Positions 17,563 to 26,015 of a DNA stretch of 64,000 nucleotides are shown piece after piece. A model generated the notes under the pieces. That model saw only the letters and a program-made list of their open reading frames with translations, did no database searches and was not told where the DNA came from. The DNA is taken from the NCBI GenBank assembly GCA_046350875.1, contig JAXLZQ010000003.1, positions 37,579-101,578 on the forward strand, given 5' to 3'. Made by a program: the position numbers and the translations under genes. The DNA is from Patescibacteria group bacterium. Its GTDB lineage: Bacteria; Patescibacteriota; Microgenomatia; UBA1406; GWC2-37-13. Every line of letters starts with the position of its first letter. The first letter of the stretch is position 1.

Positions 17563-18414
17563 TCAGGAAAGTAGCAATAACCCAAGCGCAGAAAGAAATG
17601 CGGCAAATAGTCTTCTTTTGATGTCGCCTTTCTCATGAAGGAAAAAATATGCCATTACAGCAACAAATATTACCCGTGTTTGGTTTACGAATGCATAGTG
17701 ACCAGATGAGGGGGCAAGTGCCAAACTTTGTAAGCCCAAAATGCCAGACAATGCTGATATAAATCCTACGAAAACTACATGACCAGCAGTAATCTTTGAC
17801 AATCTTATTGGTCTTCCATTTAGTCTCCATTGCTGGACCAAAAATACTATTACAGCAGGAACAAGATATGCAGGCACCAAATATAGATACAAATTCATCT
17901 CTTTCACAATAATACGTTCAAAAACATTTCCAATACCAAATGCAAAAGCAGCCACAACTGCGAATATCACTCCTTCGATATTCAATTTGAGCTTTTTGAT
18001 ATTTTGAGAAATTAGAATGGCTGTTAGAATAAGCGCCATTCCAACATATTGATTGGTATGTGCTCCTTCATTCAAAAATATCCACGCAATAACTGTCGTA
18101 ATGAGTGCTCTAAGCGTCATTACAATTGTAAGAACTGAGGCATTGAGGATGTACATTGCCCTAAAATATGCCCAGTTTCCTATGACAAAAATAGAAAGTG
18201 CAATAAGGGTCAAGACCAAGCTTTTGCTAGTATAAACAATTGCACCTTGGGCTGTAATATAGGCGAATATCAATACAACTGCACCTGACACCATGCTGTA
18301 TAGTGATCCAGTGATTACCGTGTGATTGATCTTCTTTGACGCGTGATTTTTTTGAAGTATCGTTGAGAGACTGTTAAGAAAAACTGCAGATATTGCGAAT
18401 GATATCCAACCCAT
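17563..18414 (-). CDS. EamA/DMT-family transporter
   Basis: 283 aa with about 10 TM helices in two internally repeated halves. Confidence 0.75.
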   Translation of the reverse strand: MGWISFAISAVFLNSLSTILQKNHASKKINHTVITGSLYSMVSGAVVLIFAYITAQGAIVYTSKSLVLTLIALSIFVIGNWAYFRAMYILNASVLTIVMTLRALITTVIAWIFLNEGAHTNQYVGMALILTAILISQNIKKLKLNIEGVIFAVVAAFAFGIGNVFERIIVKEMNLYLYLVPAYLVPAVIVFLVQQWRLNGRPIRLSKITAGHVVFVGFISALSGILGLQSLALAPSSGHYAFVNQTRVIFVAVMAYFFLHEKGDIKRRLFAAFLSALGLLLLS

Positions 18415-18452
18415 AAAAACTCTTCCTTTATATTTTCAATTACTAATAAACA

Positions 18453-18818
18453 CTATTTCACCTTTTCGAAAGTCCCATCAAGATGCAAATAATACATTGA
18501 TATTTTTATATCAGAATACTTTGCCTTTATAACATCTTTTGCTTTGTTTAAGTCTGTTACATGCCTATCGTGAGTACTCTCTACTCCATATGCTCCACAG
18601 TCTTCATGGTGTATAAGAACTACTTCTTTTATTTCGTGAAGTCTTTTTGAAATGTCGATTTGGTTCATAACAGTGTCGATACTCTTGGTACTCCCAGCAA
18701 AACCTACAAGGTCATAAGTTTTGTTTTGCATATTCTCATCAAGCCACTTGTGTATATATTTTTGAAAACGAAAATCTATACAACAAACGACACTTGCATC
18801 ACATATATGTTTTGCCAT
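18453..18818 (-). CDS. Small Cys/His protein with a beta-carbonic-anhydrase-like motif pair
   Basis: 121 aa. CCIDFRF and LIHHEDCGAYG resemble the CxDxR ... HxxCG zinc-ligand pattern. Confidence 0.4.
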   Translation of the reverse strand: MAKHICDASVVCCIDFRFQKYIHKWLDENMQNKTYDLVGFAGSTKSIDTVMNQIDISKRLHEIKEVVLIHHEDCGAYGVESTHDRHVTDLNKAKDVIKAKYSDIKISMYYLHLDGTFEKVK

Positions 18819-18857
18819 GAGCTAATTATAATCAAAAGTCTGTATTAATAAAAGCTA

Positions 18858-20471
18858 TTACTTGTGTTCTTTGTAGGAACCTCTAGCTCTCCAGTTATTT
18901 GCAGCAATTTTAGTGTGTAGTCCTTTGAGGTCCACTTCCTCAAATGGAGTAAGTTGTATTTCAAATGGGAGTTGGGTTTGATCATCATCCTCAAACTTAG
19001 TTTTTGTATTTTTGAAAATTGACACAAATGCCTCATCTTCTTGTGAGTGGCTATTTTGCCAAGTGGCCATAAGTTCAGGAATAGAGCTAAATTTACCTTC
19101 TATCCCTTCAGCATGAAGAAATTCAGTAAGTCTGGAGCTATCTGGCAACTCATTGTTTAACAGGTTTTGTACTTCTCCAATATTAAAGCTAGTAAAAACT
19201 TTTGTACCATTCCTTTTAACAACAAAAACAAGCTCATCACCAATATCCAACTTATCTTCTGCTTTTTTCCACGATAATGCATCAAAAACTAATCTTGATC
19301 TAGTCAAATCTTTAGTACTTCTTATTTTTTCTTGCAATTTGTTTGTCAGATCAATTACACTTTCATCACGACCATGATGTGACATTAGTTCATCAAGTAT
19401 ATTAGCTCTGACCATTGCCTCCGGTAATCTGAATCTGTACTGTGGAGTTTTCATATTGTATTTTTTTGCAAGGTCTTCCACGCTTTTAGAAATATTTTGA
19501 TCACTGAAAAAGTTTTCAACTATCCCCCACCAGCCTTTAAAAGATGATTCAAGAGCAACTCCATCTCCATTCAAGTCTCTTATATCCTTTGAAAATTGTT
19601 GAAAATGAGACAATGCATAAAATTCGCATCCATAAGAATTGAACCCTGTTACCTCATGCATTGTTTTTTGAGCTAAAGTTGCAATATTTGGGTATAAAAA
19701 AGAAAAATGAGTGTCCCTTGCTAATACCAAAGTCCTAGACATAAGTGATCTCGTCTCATGATCTTCTAGTTTATAATCATTTGGAGGCTGTTCAAGTGTT
19801 GCCACATCATGAAGCGATGCAGTAAAAACCAACTGCTGGTCAATAACCTCATCTCTTCTTGCAGCATCTTCAATTTCAAGGGGTCTTGCAATATCACCAC
19901 CTGTTACAGTTTCTCTTGCAATCTCATATATGTAGAAAATTGGCCAGATTTCAGGAAATTTTTGAATCATTTCCAAACATTCTACTTTGGAACTGGGATT
20001 CTGAGTAAAATCGTGTATATCTTCTTCAAAAAGTGATAATAAAGACTGCAATAACCCTTGATCAATTTTCAATTTGTTCATTACTATAAGCTCTTCAGGA
20101 AGTGTGATTATTGTGCCCAAGTTTTGTATTAAATATCTAATTATGGCTGTTTTGGCAAAATCAAGATTGTTGTCGTCTCCCGTTACGAGAATATTCGCTC
20201 TAAGAGAAGATACTACAAATCTATTTAGATTGAACTTTTCTTCATCAGACAAGCCCAAGACATCCGCGTGTCTTTTCATTGAATCACGAATCATCGCAGA
20301 AGGTCCCCAGAGTTCATCTTTTGCATTTTCAACATATCGAAATGATTCTGGGGGTTGAAGTTGACCATTTTCTATCTTTAACCGATTTTGAGGAGAAGGC
20401 AAGCCCAAAGTATTTGGTATCTGTACTGTTTCTGTATTCCTAAATTCACCAAGAGGAGTAAGTTCATTCAT
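18858..20471 (-). CDS. Hypothetical protein (ORFan)
   Basis: ORF 18858-20498, with the likely ATG start at MNELTPLGEF (20471). No motif recognised. Confidence 0.5.
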   Translation of the reverse strand: MNELTPLGEFRNTETVQIPNTLGLPSPQNRLKIENGQLQPPESFRYVENAKDELWGPSAMIRDSMKRHADVLGLSDEEKFNLNRFVVSSLRANILVTGDDNNLDFAKTAIIRYLIQNLGTIITLPEELIVMNKLKIDQGLLQSLLSLFEEDIHDFTQNPSSKVECLEMIQKFPEIWPIFYIYEIARETVTGGDIARPLEIEDAARRDEVIDQQLVFTASLHDVATLEQPPNDYKLEDHETRSLMSRTLVLARDTHFSFLYPNIATLAQKTMHEVTGFNSYGCEFYALSHFQQFSKDIRDLNGDGVALESSFKGWWGIVENFFSDQNISKSVEDLAKKYNMKTPQYRFRLPEAMVRANILDELMSHHGRDESVIDLTNKLQEKIRSTKDLTRSRLVFDALSWKKAEDKLDIGDELVFVVKRNGTKVFTSFNIGEVQNLLNNELPDSSRLTEFLHAEGIEGKFSSIPELMATWQNSHSQEDEAFVSIFKNTKTKFEDDDQTQLPFEIQLTPFEEVDLKGLHTKIAANNWRARGSYKEHK

Positions 20472-20510
20472 CAGTATATGATTATACAGATGTGTCAAAT
20501 CCTATGTTCG

Positions 20511-20519
20511 TGGTATACT
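20511..20519 (+). promoter_or_regulatory. Extended -10 element TGGTATACT, 8 nt upstream of the ATG at 20528
   Basis: TGnTAtAcT seen directly. The spacing implies a leaderless or near-leaderless mRNA. Confidence 0.4.
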
Positions 20520-20527
20520 CAATTATT

Positions 20528-21619
20528 ATGGCTACACCTTATTCTGACAAGATGAAACTTCAATCCACAGCTGATGAAAAACGTGTCGTTTCGAAAGTAG
20601 AAAAATTGATAAATGCTGTAGAGCCATTTAGTGTCGTGGGTATTGCGGACAAAGGCAAAAAGATTCTACATCGAGAAATTGTTAGAAAAATAAGTGAAAA
20701 ACATGGTGCAAATTACGAAATTTTACACGAGCAAATCAATTCAAGCTCTGACTACAATGATTTCCATCCAAAACTAGCAAGTTTAGGCAACAAAATAAAA
20801 AACACATTTGTAATACTTCACTTTTCAACTGGATCAGACGCAAGCGAATACTTGACATTACTTCAGGAGTTGCGCGATTTGCACGGTCCGAGATTTGTTC
20901 CCATTGTTTTGTCTGATTTGGCCCCAGTTTTTGACCAACTTACTCAAAATAACAAATTACTGTGTAGATCACTTATCGAGTACAAACCTTTTGATATAAG
21001 TGACACTATAGCGCTACTCGAGGTATTTGAGAAAAGATTTGATACAAAAATAAGTAAAGAAATGAAGTCTGAAATATACAAATTGTCAGGTGGATTATCT
21101 GGTCTCATCAAATCTTTATATTTATATGTCATAGAATCAAATCATGAAAATGGATTGCTTGTCAAAATTGATAAAATACTAGAAATACCAAGCATCTTAC
21201 AACGTCTTGATCTAATTTCTAAAGACATTGGCTACCTCCGTTGTGAGAACATGGTCAATAAGAATCTCAATATTCATGATATGAAGATTCTTTCACAATT
21301 TGGTGTGGTCAATGCAGAAGGTCACATTTTTAGCCCTTTGCTCACAGAATATATTAAAAACAAACTTATTACCCAGCCAAATTTACCAACAGCTACAGAA
21401 AAAAAACTTCTTGAGTATTTGCAAGCTAACACAAATACAATAGTGTCAAGAGACCAGATAGCACAACTTATGTGGGGCGAAGATGTACAAGATAAATATT
21501 CAGATTGGGCAATAGATCAAATGATGCATAGACTTCGTAAAAGATTTTCTACATATAATAACCACAGTTCTACTCTTACTACGGTTAAAAAACAAGGATT
21601 TATACTAAAAAAAGACTAA
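20528..21619 (+). CDS. Transcriptional regulator: degenerate P-loop NTPase-like N-domain plus OmpR/PhoB-type winged helix
   Basis: The C-terminus LTATEKKLLEYLQANTNTIVSRDQIAQLMWGED...DQMMHRLRKRF...GFIL is a Trans_reg_C pattern. The N-terminal part has GIADKGKK (Walker-A-like, with no S/T). Confidence 0.65.
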   Translation: MATPYSDKMKLQSTADEKRVVSKVEKLINAVEPFSVVGIADKGKKILHREIVRKISEKHGANYEILHEQINSSSDYNDFHPKLASLGNKIKNTFVILHFSTGSDASEYLTLLQELRDLHGPRFVPIVLSDLAPVFDQLTQNNKLLCRSLIEYKPFDISDTIALLEVFEKRFDTKISKEMKSEIYKLSGGLSGLIKSLYLYVIESNHENGLLVKIDKILEIPSILQRLDLISKDIGYLRCENMVNKNLNIHDMKILSQFGVVNAEGHIFSPLLTEYIKNKLITQPNLPTATEKKLLEYLQANTNTIVSRDQIAQLMWGEDVQDKYSDWAIDQMMHRLRKRFSTYNNHSSTLTTVKKQGFILKKD

Positions 21620-21684
21620 ATAGTCAGGATTTTGTCAAAATTGTATCAAGCGGGGTATAAGACGCGTCTGTAAAATGTCTGCAT

Positions 21685-21966
21685 ATGTCTAATAAAATAC
21701 TAAAACTTAAATATCAAAAAGATGAAATTTCGATGCACAAGAAAATTTACAATGTAAGTCTTGAACACCTTCATATCAAAAAATTAGATTTGACTTGGCT
21801 ACAGTTTGCAAATTATCATGGGGACGGAAGCTATAAATTCTATCCAGATTGCAGTGCAAAATGGAAGCTCCTAGAGGAAATAGTGAATGATGTCAAGTTG
21901 GAAGTGTATACATACACCACTGGTCAAATAACAGATAAAATTTCTTTTTGGTCAATACCAGTATAG
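21685..21966 (+). CDS. Hypothetical protein (possibly the 5' half of a split gene)
   Basis: 93-aa ORF overlapping the next ORF at a T-run (21941-21949). Confidence 0.3.
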   Translation: MSNKILKLKYQKDEISMHKKIYNVSLEHLHIKKLDLTWLQFANYHGDGSYKFYPDCSAKWKLLEEIVNDVKLEVYTYTTGQITDKISFWSIPV

Positions 21967-22223
21967 ATGAGGTTTCGAGCTATAACGGTTTTAGGAAATC
22001 AGTAAAATCTAATCATAGATATCATAATATTTTAAAAAAAACTTTAATTCATTACGTAAATCATGAAGCTTTTTTACCAAGTCATCCTTGGATAATCCCT
22101 ACTAATAGTCATGACAACAAAGCACAAGTTTGGGATGGATACGATCATGCTGAGGGATTGGCCGTGATAATCCGAAAATTAGATGATGAATTCTTTGATA
22201 TTTTTGAGGTTGAGTATATTTGA
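21948..22223 (+). CDS. Hypothetical protein (possibly the 3' half of a split gene)
   Basis: 91-aa ORF starting at TTG immediately after an in-frame stop. Confidence 0.3.
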   Translation: MVNTSIDEVSSYNGFRKSVKSNHRYHNILKKTLIHYVNHEAFLPSHPWIIPTNSHDNKAQVWDGYDHAEGLAVIIRKLDDEFFDIFEVEYI

Positions 22224-22835
22224 TTAGTCTTTGATCTCTATTGTTGACAAAATTTGAGATTTGGTGTGGTAATCGCGACGGAATGACGGTAGATGACCGC
22301 TGCATGAAGTGCAAGTAGACTCAATCTTTATGTTTGAAGCCAAGATGCCACACTCTAGAAGTCGAAACTTTGCGCATTTTTTGAGGTCCAAGTATGTTGT
22401 GTTATTTGCCCTCTTTATTATTTCTGATTTTTTTGTTGAGAATTTATTCTGAAAAATTTTAAGACGGTAGTCATAGATTTCATAGCAGCAAGGTCCGATG
22501 CCAGGTCCAATCTGGCACTTGATATTTTCAAAACTAGCCCCAAGCTTTTGCATTTTTGAAATAGTGTTTTTGATTAGTGAATTTTCTATTCCTCGCCAGC
22601 CATTATGAGAAACAGCTATAACATGATTTTTTGCATCTGCATAAATTATTGGTAGGCAATCTGCAGTCAGTACTCCAATTTTCAAATTTCTTTTTTTTGT
22701 AACAAGTGCATCACCCACAAATCTATCACCAGCATTATCGACAATATTTACTATGTCTGAGTGAGTCTGGTCTGAAAGAATAACATCTTTTGGATATGAG
22801 CCTTTTTTTACAATGACTTGTGAGATTTTTATCAT
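22224..22835 (-). CDS. pgeF: Peptidoglycan editing factor PgeF / YfiH (DUF152, Cu-oxidase_4) family
   Basis: 203 aa with LTADCLPI and SHNGWRG motifs and a C-terminal Cys/His segment. Confidence 0.8.
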   Translation of the reverse strand: MIKISQVIVKKGSYPKDVILSDQTHSDIVNIVDNAGDRFVGDALVTKKRNLKIGVLTADCLPIIYADAKNHVIAVSHNGWRGIENSLIKNTISKMQKLGASFENIKCQIGPGIGPCCYEIYDYRLKIFQNKFSTKKSEIIKRANNTTYLDLKKCAKFRLLECGILASNIKIESTCTSCSGHLPSFRRDYHTKSQILSTIEIKD

Positions 22836-23377
22836 TTTTGAAAGCCTAAGGCCTCAAGGGCTGCTTGAACAGCTTGTGTTTTGCCAAGAGAATAAGTATC
22901 AATTTTTAATTGATAAATGTTTGGGTCCCAGAAATTGTGATCTCCATATATTCTTTTCCATTCTGAGAAATTTGCAAGCTCTCTATCTCGGATAATCTCT
23001 TTCGCGGTCTGAATATCGACATGATCTCTGTTTGAAACTCTGTCAACCCGGACTGCATCATTGCTGCAATACATAAAAATTCGGAGTGTGTCTGTCATGT
23101 TTCTAGCTACCCACCCTGCAAGCCAAGCTTCTATGACATAATTCTTTTCTTTTATAAACAGATCTTCGGTTCTTTTCTCTATCGAATTATTAAATTCGAC
23201 TGAAACTTTTTCCGCAGATGGAGTGAGATTGTCACCAGACTTTCTTCGGTTGAGCTCTCCTCCTGATGCGAATTTCCAACCGAGAGGTTCCAAATACTGA
23301 CGTAATCCGTCTTTGAGAGTTCCTTTGCCACATGCTACCCCACCTGATATCGAGATATTTTGATACTTCAACACCAT
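22832..23377 (-). CDS. Cytidylate-kinase-like P-loop kinase
   Basis: 181 aa with the P-loop ISISGGVACGKGT. Confidence 0.6.
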   Translation of the reverse strand: MVLKYQNISISGGVACGKGTLKDGLRQYLEPLGWKFASGGELNRRKSGDNLTPSAEKVSVEFNNSIEKRTEDLFIKEKNYVIEAWLAGWVARNMTDTLRIFMYCSNDAVRVDRVSNRDHVDIQTAKEIIRDRELANFSEWKRIYGDHNFWDPNIYQLKIDTYSLGKTQAVQAALEALGFQK

Positions 23378-23410
23378 AAAATTAGTATTTAGAAATTAGG
23401 AATTAGTATT

Positions 23411-23443
23411 TCAGACAATTTTAGTTTTATTAAAATTGTCTGA
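23411..23443 (-). terminator. 13-bp perfect hairpin spanning the rseP stop codon
   Basis: TCAGACAATTTTA-gttttat-TAAAATTGTCTGA. One arm encodes the last rseP codons and there is no clear U-tract. Confidence 0.3.
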
Positions 23444-24641
23444 TTATGTCTTTAATTGTGATAGCAATTGAAAGCCCTATGAGGACGAAAAAGCCCACAA
23501 TATTAATGTACTTTTCAACTGTTTTTGGCACTCTCTTTCGGATAATCATCTCAGGAAGTAGCAAAAATAGTCTGCCGCCATCAAGTGCAGGTATCGGCAA
23601 AATATTCATAAACGCAAGAGATAGGCTAATAAGTGCTGCAAGATTTAGTAGATTGTCAATGACCTTATCTCCGGATTTCTTAAGTGTGTCGCCTACAACA
23701 CTTCCTATTGCCACAGGTCCACTGACTGCATCTCCAACAATTTGAGGTTGTTTTGACTCAATAGCATAAGAGAATAATGATCCAAGAAGTTGCAGATTGT
23801 ATGTCGTCAGATTATAAGAATGCATGAATCCAGATAGTGCTTTCTCAAAAGGAGTCTCATATCTGAATCTTACAAGATTCGCAAGGCTCACCCCAATCAT
23901 TGCGCGCTTTTCTTTTTTGTCATATTTTGGAGTAACTACAACATTTCTCATTGCTCCGCTTGAGTAATTTTTTAGTTCAACTTCTACTTTTTTACCATCA
24001 TTCTTCTTTACTTCATCAATAAGATCATTAGGTTTAGTTACCACTTTCCATTCTGTGGATCCAACTGTTCTAACACGTAAGATAATATCTTCTTTTTTGA
24101 TCCCAGCTTTGTCTGCAGGTGATTCCTTTAGTACGTTTATTGCAGCAACAGATGTTTCTGTTTTGCCAAATGGCAGATTGGGTGAGCCAATAAGCGGTAC
24201 ACGATCTGATACAAAGCCATTTTTACCAAGCAAGAAGTAAAAAATCGCTGCAGCAAGAAGTATATTCATCACAACTCCTGCAACCATGATAGCTGCTCTC
24301 GCCCAGACATTTTTATTTTCAAAAGCTTTATCAGCAAGTTGTGGAAGTACTTCCCCTCCCTCACCCCCTGCACCATCTCCGTATAGTTTGACAAATCCAC
24401 CAAGCGGAAGCCAATTGAGAGAATAAACTGTATATCTTATGTCTTCAGGTGATTTGTTTCCCCATAATACTCTCCATTTATTGTCAATCTTTTGAAATCC
24501 GACAGCTCGTGGCGGCATCCCAATTCCAAACTCTTCAACCAGTACTCCTGATTTTCGTGCTACCAAAAAATGTCCAAGCTCATGCAAGAAAACAATGAAT
24601 CCGAGTATAAAGAGAAAAACAACAACGGTAAGTATTATCAT
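23430..24641 (-). CDS. rseP: RIP (site-2) zinc metalloprotease RseP, M50 family with PDZ domain
   Basis: 403 aa with HELGHFLVAR, a central PDZ-like segment and C-terminal NILPIPALDGG. Confidence 0.85.
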   Translation of the reverse strand: MIILTVVVFLFILGFIVFLHELGHFLVARKSGVLVEEFGIGMPPRAVGFQKIDNKWRVLWGNKSPEDIRYTVYSLNWLPLGGFVKLYGDGAGGEGGEVLPQLADKAFENKNVWARAAIMVAGVVMNILLAAAIFYFLLGKNGFVSDRVPLIGSPNLPFGKTETSVAAINVLKESPADKAGIKKEDIILRVRTVGSTEWKVVTKPNDLIDEVKKNDGKKVEVELKNYSSGAMRNVVVTPKYDKKEKRAMIGVSLANLVRFRYETPFEKALSGFMHSYNLTTYNLQLLGSLFSYAIESKQPQIVGDAVSGPVAIGSVVGDTLKKSGDKVIDNLLNLAALISLSLAFMNILPIPALDGGRLFLLLPEMIIRKRVPKTVEKYINIVGFFVLIGLSIAITIKDIIRQF

Positions 24642-24787
24642 AAATATTTGCCTACATTATACGGGAGAAAGAGTACGTGGGCAATGTTTATAAAGTTTCT
24701 AAGGTTCTTAATGTCTGTAAGGAAATAAGCACTTATCAAGTTTTTTTCATTATGAACTTTACAAACCTTACGAACTTTTAATCTCAA

Positions 24788-25348
24788 TTACACTGTCTTT
24801 ATCTCTTTTTCCTTTGACTCTTTTATAGTCTGAATCGCCTCATTTGTCTTTTGGGTTTCTTCATCGACTTGTTTCTCAAGTCTGAATTTGTCGTCTTCTG
24901 TGATTTCTTTCGCTTCTATGGCATGTTTGATCTTTTTTCTTGCATCATCTCTATATCCTCTTACCGTGCTTCTAAACTCTTCAACAAGTGAGCCAACAAG
25001 TTTGACATATTTCTCTCTTTGCTCAGTTGACAAAGCTGGTACTGTGATAATAATTCTTCCGCTTTGCGTATTTGGTGAAAGGCCAAGTGGAGACTTTATG
25101 ATTGCTCGTTCTATATCTTGCAAGGTGGAAGGGTCAAATGGCACGACAAGTAGTGCTGTGGGGCCTTCGTTAGTGAGCGTGGCCATTTCCATGAGTCTCA
25201 TGGTGGTTGTGCCTCCATATGTCTCTACTTCAAGCCCTTCAATGAGGGCTGGCGAAGCATGGCTTGTTCTTATGGTTTTTAGTTCTTCTTTGAGACGGTT
25301 TATATTGTTTTCGAAGTGTTTTTTGAGTTCTGGAATGATTGTTTTCAT
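24788..25348 (-). CDS. frr: Ribosome recycling factor
   Basis: Start at MKTIIPELKK. The RRF pattern is present throughout (IRTSHASPALIEGLEVETYG...). Confidence 0.9.
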   Translation of the reverse strand: MKTIIPELKKHFENNINRLKEELKTIRTSHASPALIEGLEVETYGGTTTMRLMEMATLTNEGPTALLVVPFDPSTLQDIERAIIKSPLGLSPNTQSGRIIITVPALSTEQREKYVKLVGSLVEEFRSTVRGYRDDARKKIKHAIEAKEITEDDKFRLEKQVDEETQKTNEAIQTIKESKEKEIKTV

Positions 25349-25390
25349 AATGTATTGTAATTGTAATGGCCAAATCCGAAATTGCAAAGA

Positions 25391-25828
25391 TCAAATTTCA
25401 GATTTACGCTTTTTCTTTTTAGGTTTTCGATATTCTGAAATAAGTCGCACTTTATTATCATTGAAAATTTCACGGTCTTCACATAACTGTAATCTTCTTT
25501 TGATTGGCACATATTGACCTTTATTTTTATACACATGACCATTCACTCTCCACACTCTATCTGCTCGCTCATGACAACTTTCACATAGTAATACTCCATT
25601 CACTGGTTCTTGTCTGCCCCCAAGACTTTCAGGGAAAATGTGATGGCATTGACAATTGGTGGTTGAGCCGCATACCTCACATTTATAATCTGCTCGTTTA
25701 CGGATAATATTTTTAATAAAATCTGGAAAAACTCCGTACACTCTTCCTTCTATGAAGCCTAATTTTTTGATCGGAGAAAAAGAACTATTATTAGCGGGAT
25801 TGACTTGACGTGGTCCCGCTTCTTTCAT
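25391..25828 (-). CDS. HNH endonuclease
   Basis: 145 aa. CEVCGS...CHHIFPESLGG...NGVLLCESCH is the HNH beta-beta-alpha-metal motif. Confidence 0.75.
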   Translation of the reverse strand: MKEAGPRQVNPANNSSFSPIKKLGFIEGRVYGVFPDFIKNIIRKRADYKCEVCGSTTNCQCHHIFPESLGGRQEPVNGVLLCESCHERADRVWRVNGHVYKNKGQYVPIKRRLQLCEDREIFNDNKVRLISEYRKPKKKKRKSEI

Positions 25829-25997
25829 ACAAGATGAAAGATTAGGGCAGGGTGAGGTCTCTTCTTTCTACCAAATTGCAACAAAAATCTTCTTTTTTGA
25901 AGCATATTTTCGATGAAATATATATTAATAAATATGATTGAATAATTCAACATATTTATACTAAAAATGTAGATATGGTGCATCCCAACAGTCCATG

Positions 25998-26006
25998 TGA
26001 TATACT
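25998..26006 (+). promoter_or_regulatory. Extended -10 element TGATATACT, 9 nt upstream of the ATG at 26016
   Basis: Seen directly. It has the same TGnTATACT form as at 20511. Confidence 0.4.
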
Positions 26007-26015
26007 ATAGGTTTT

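Noticed and set aside
24888-25517. 209-aa plus-strand ORF
   Set aside because: It lies entirely antisense to frr and the HNH gene. Its Ser/Leu-rich composition is typical of the shadow frame of a K/E-rich gene.
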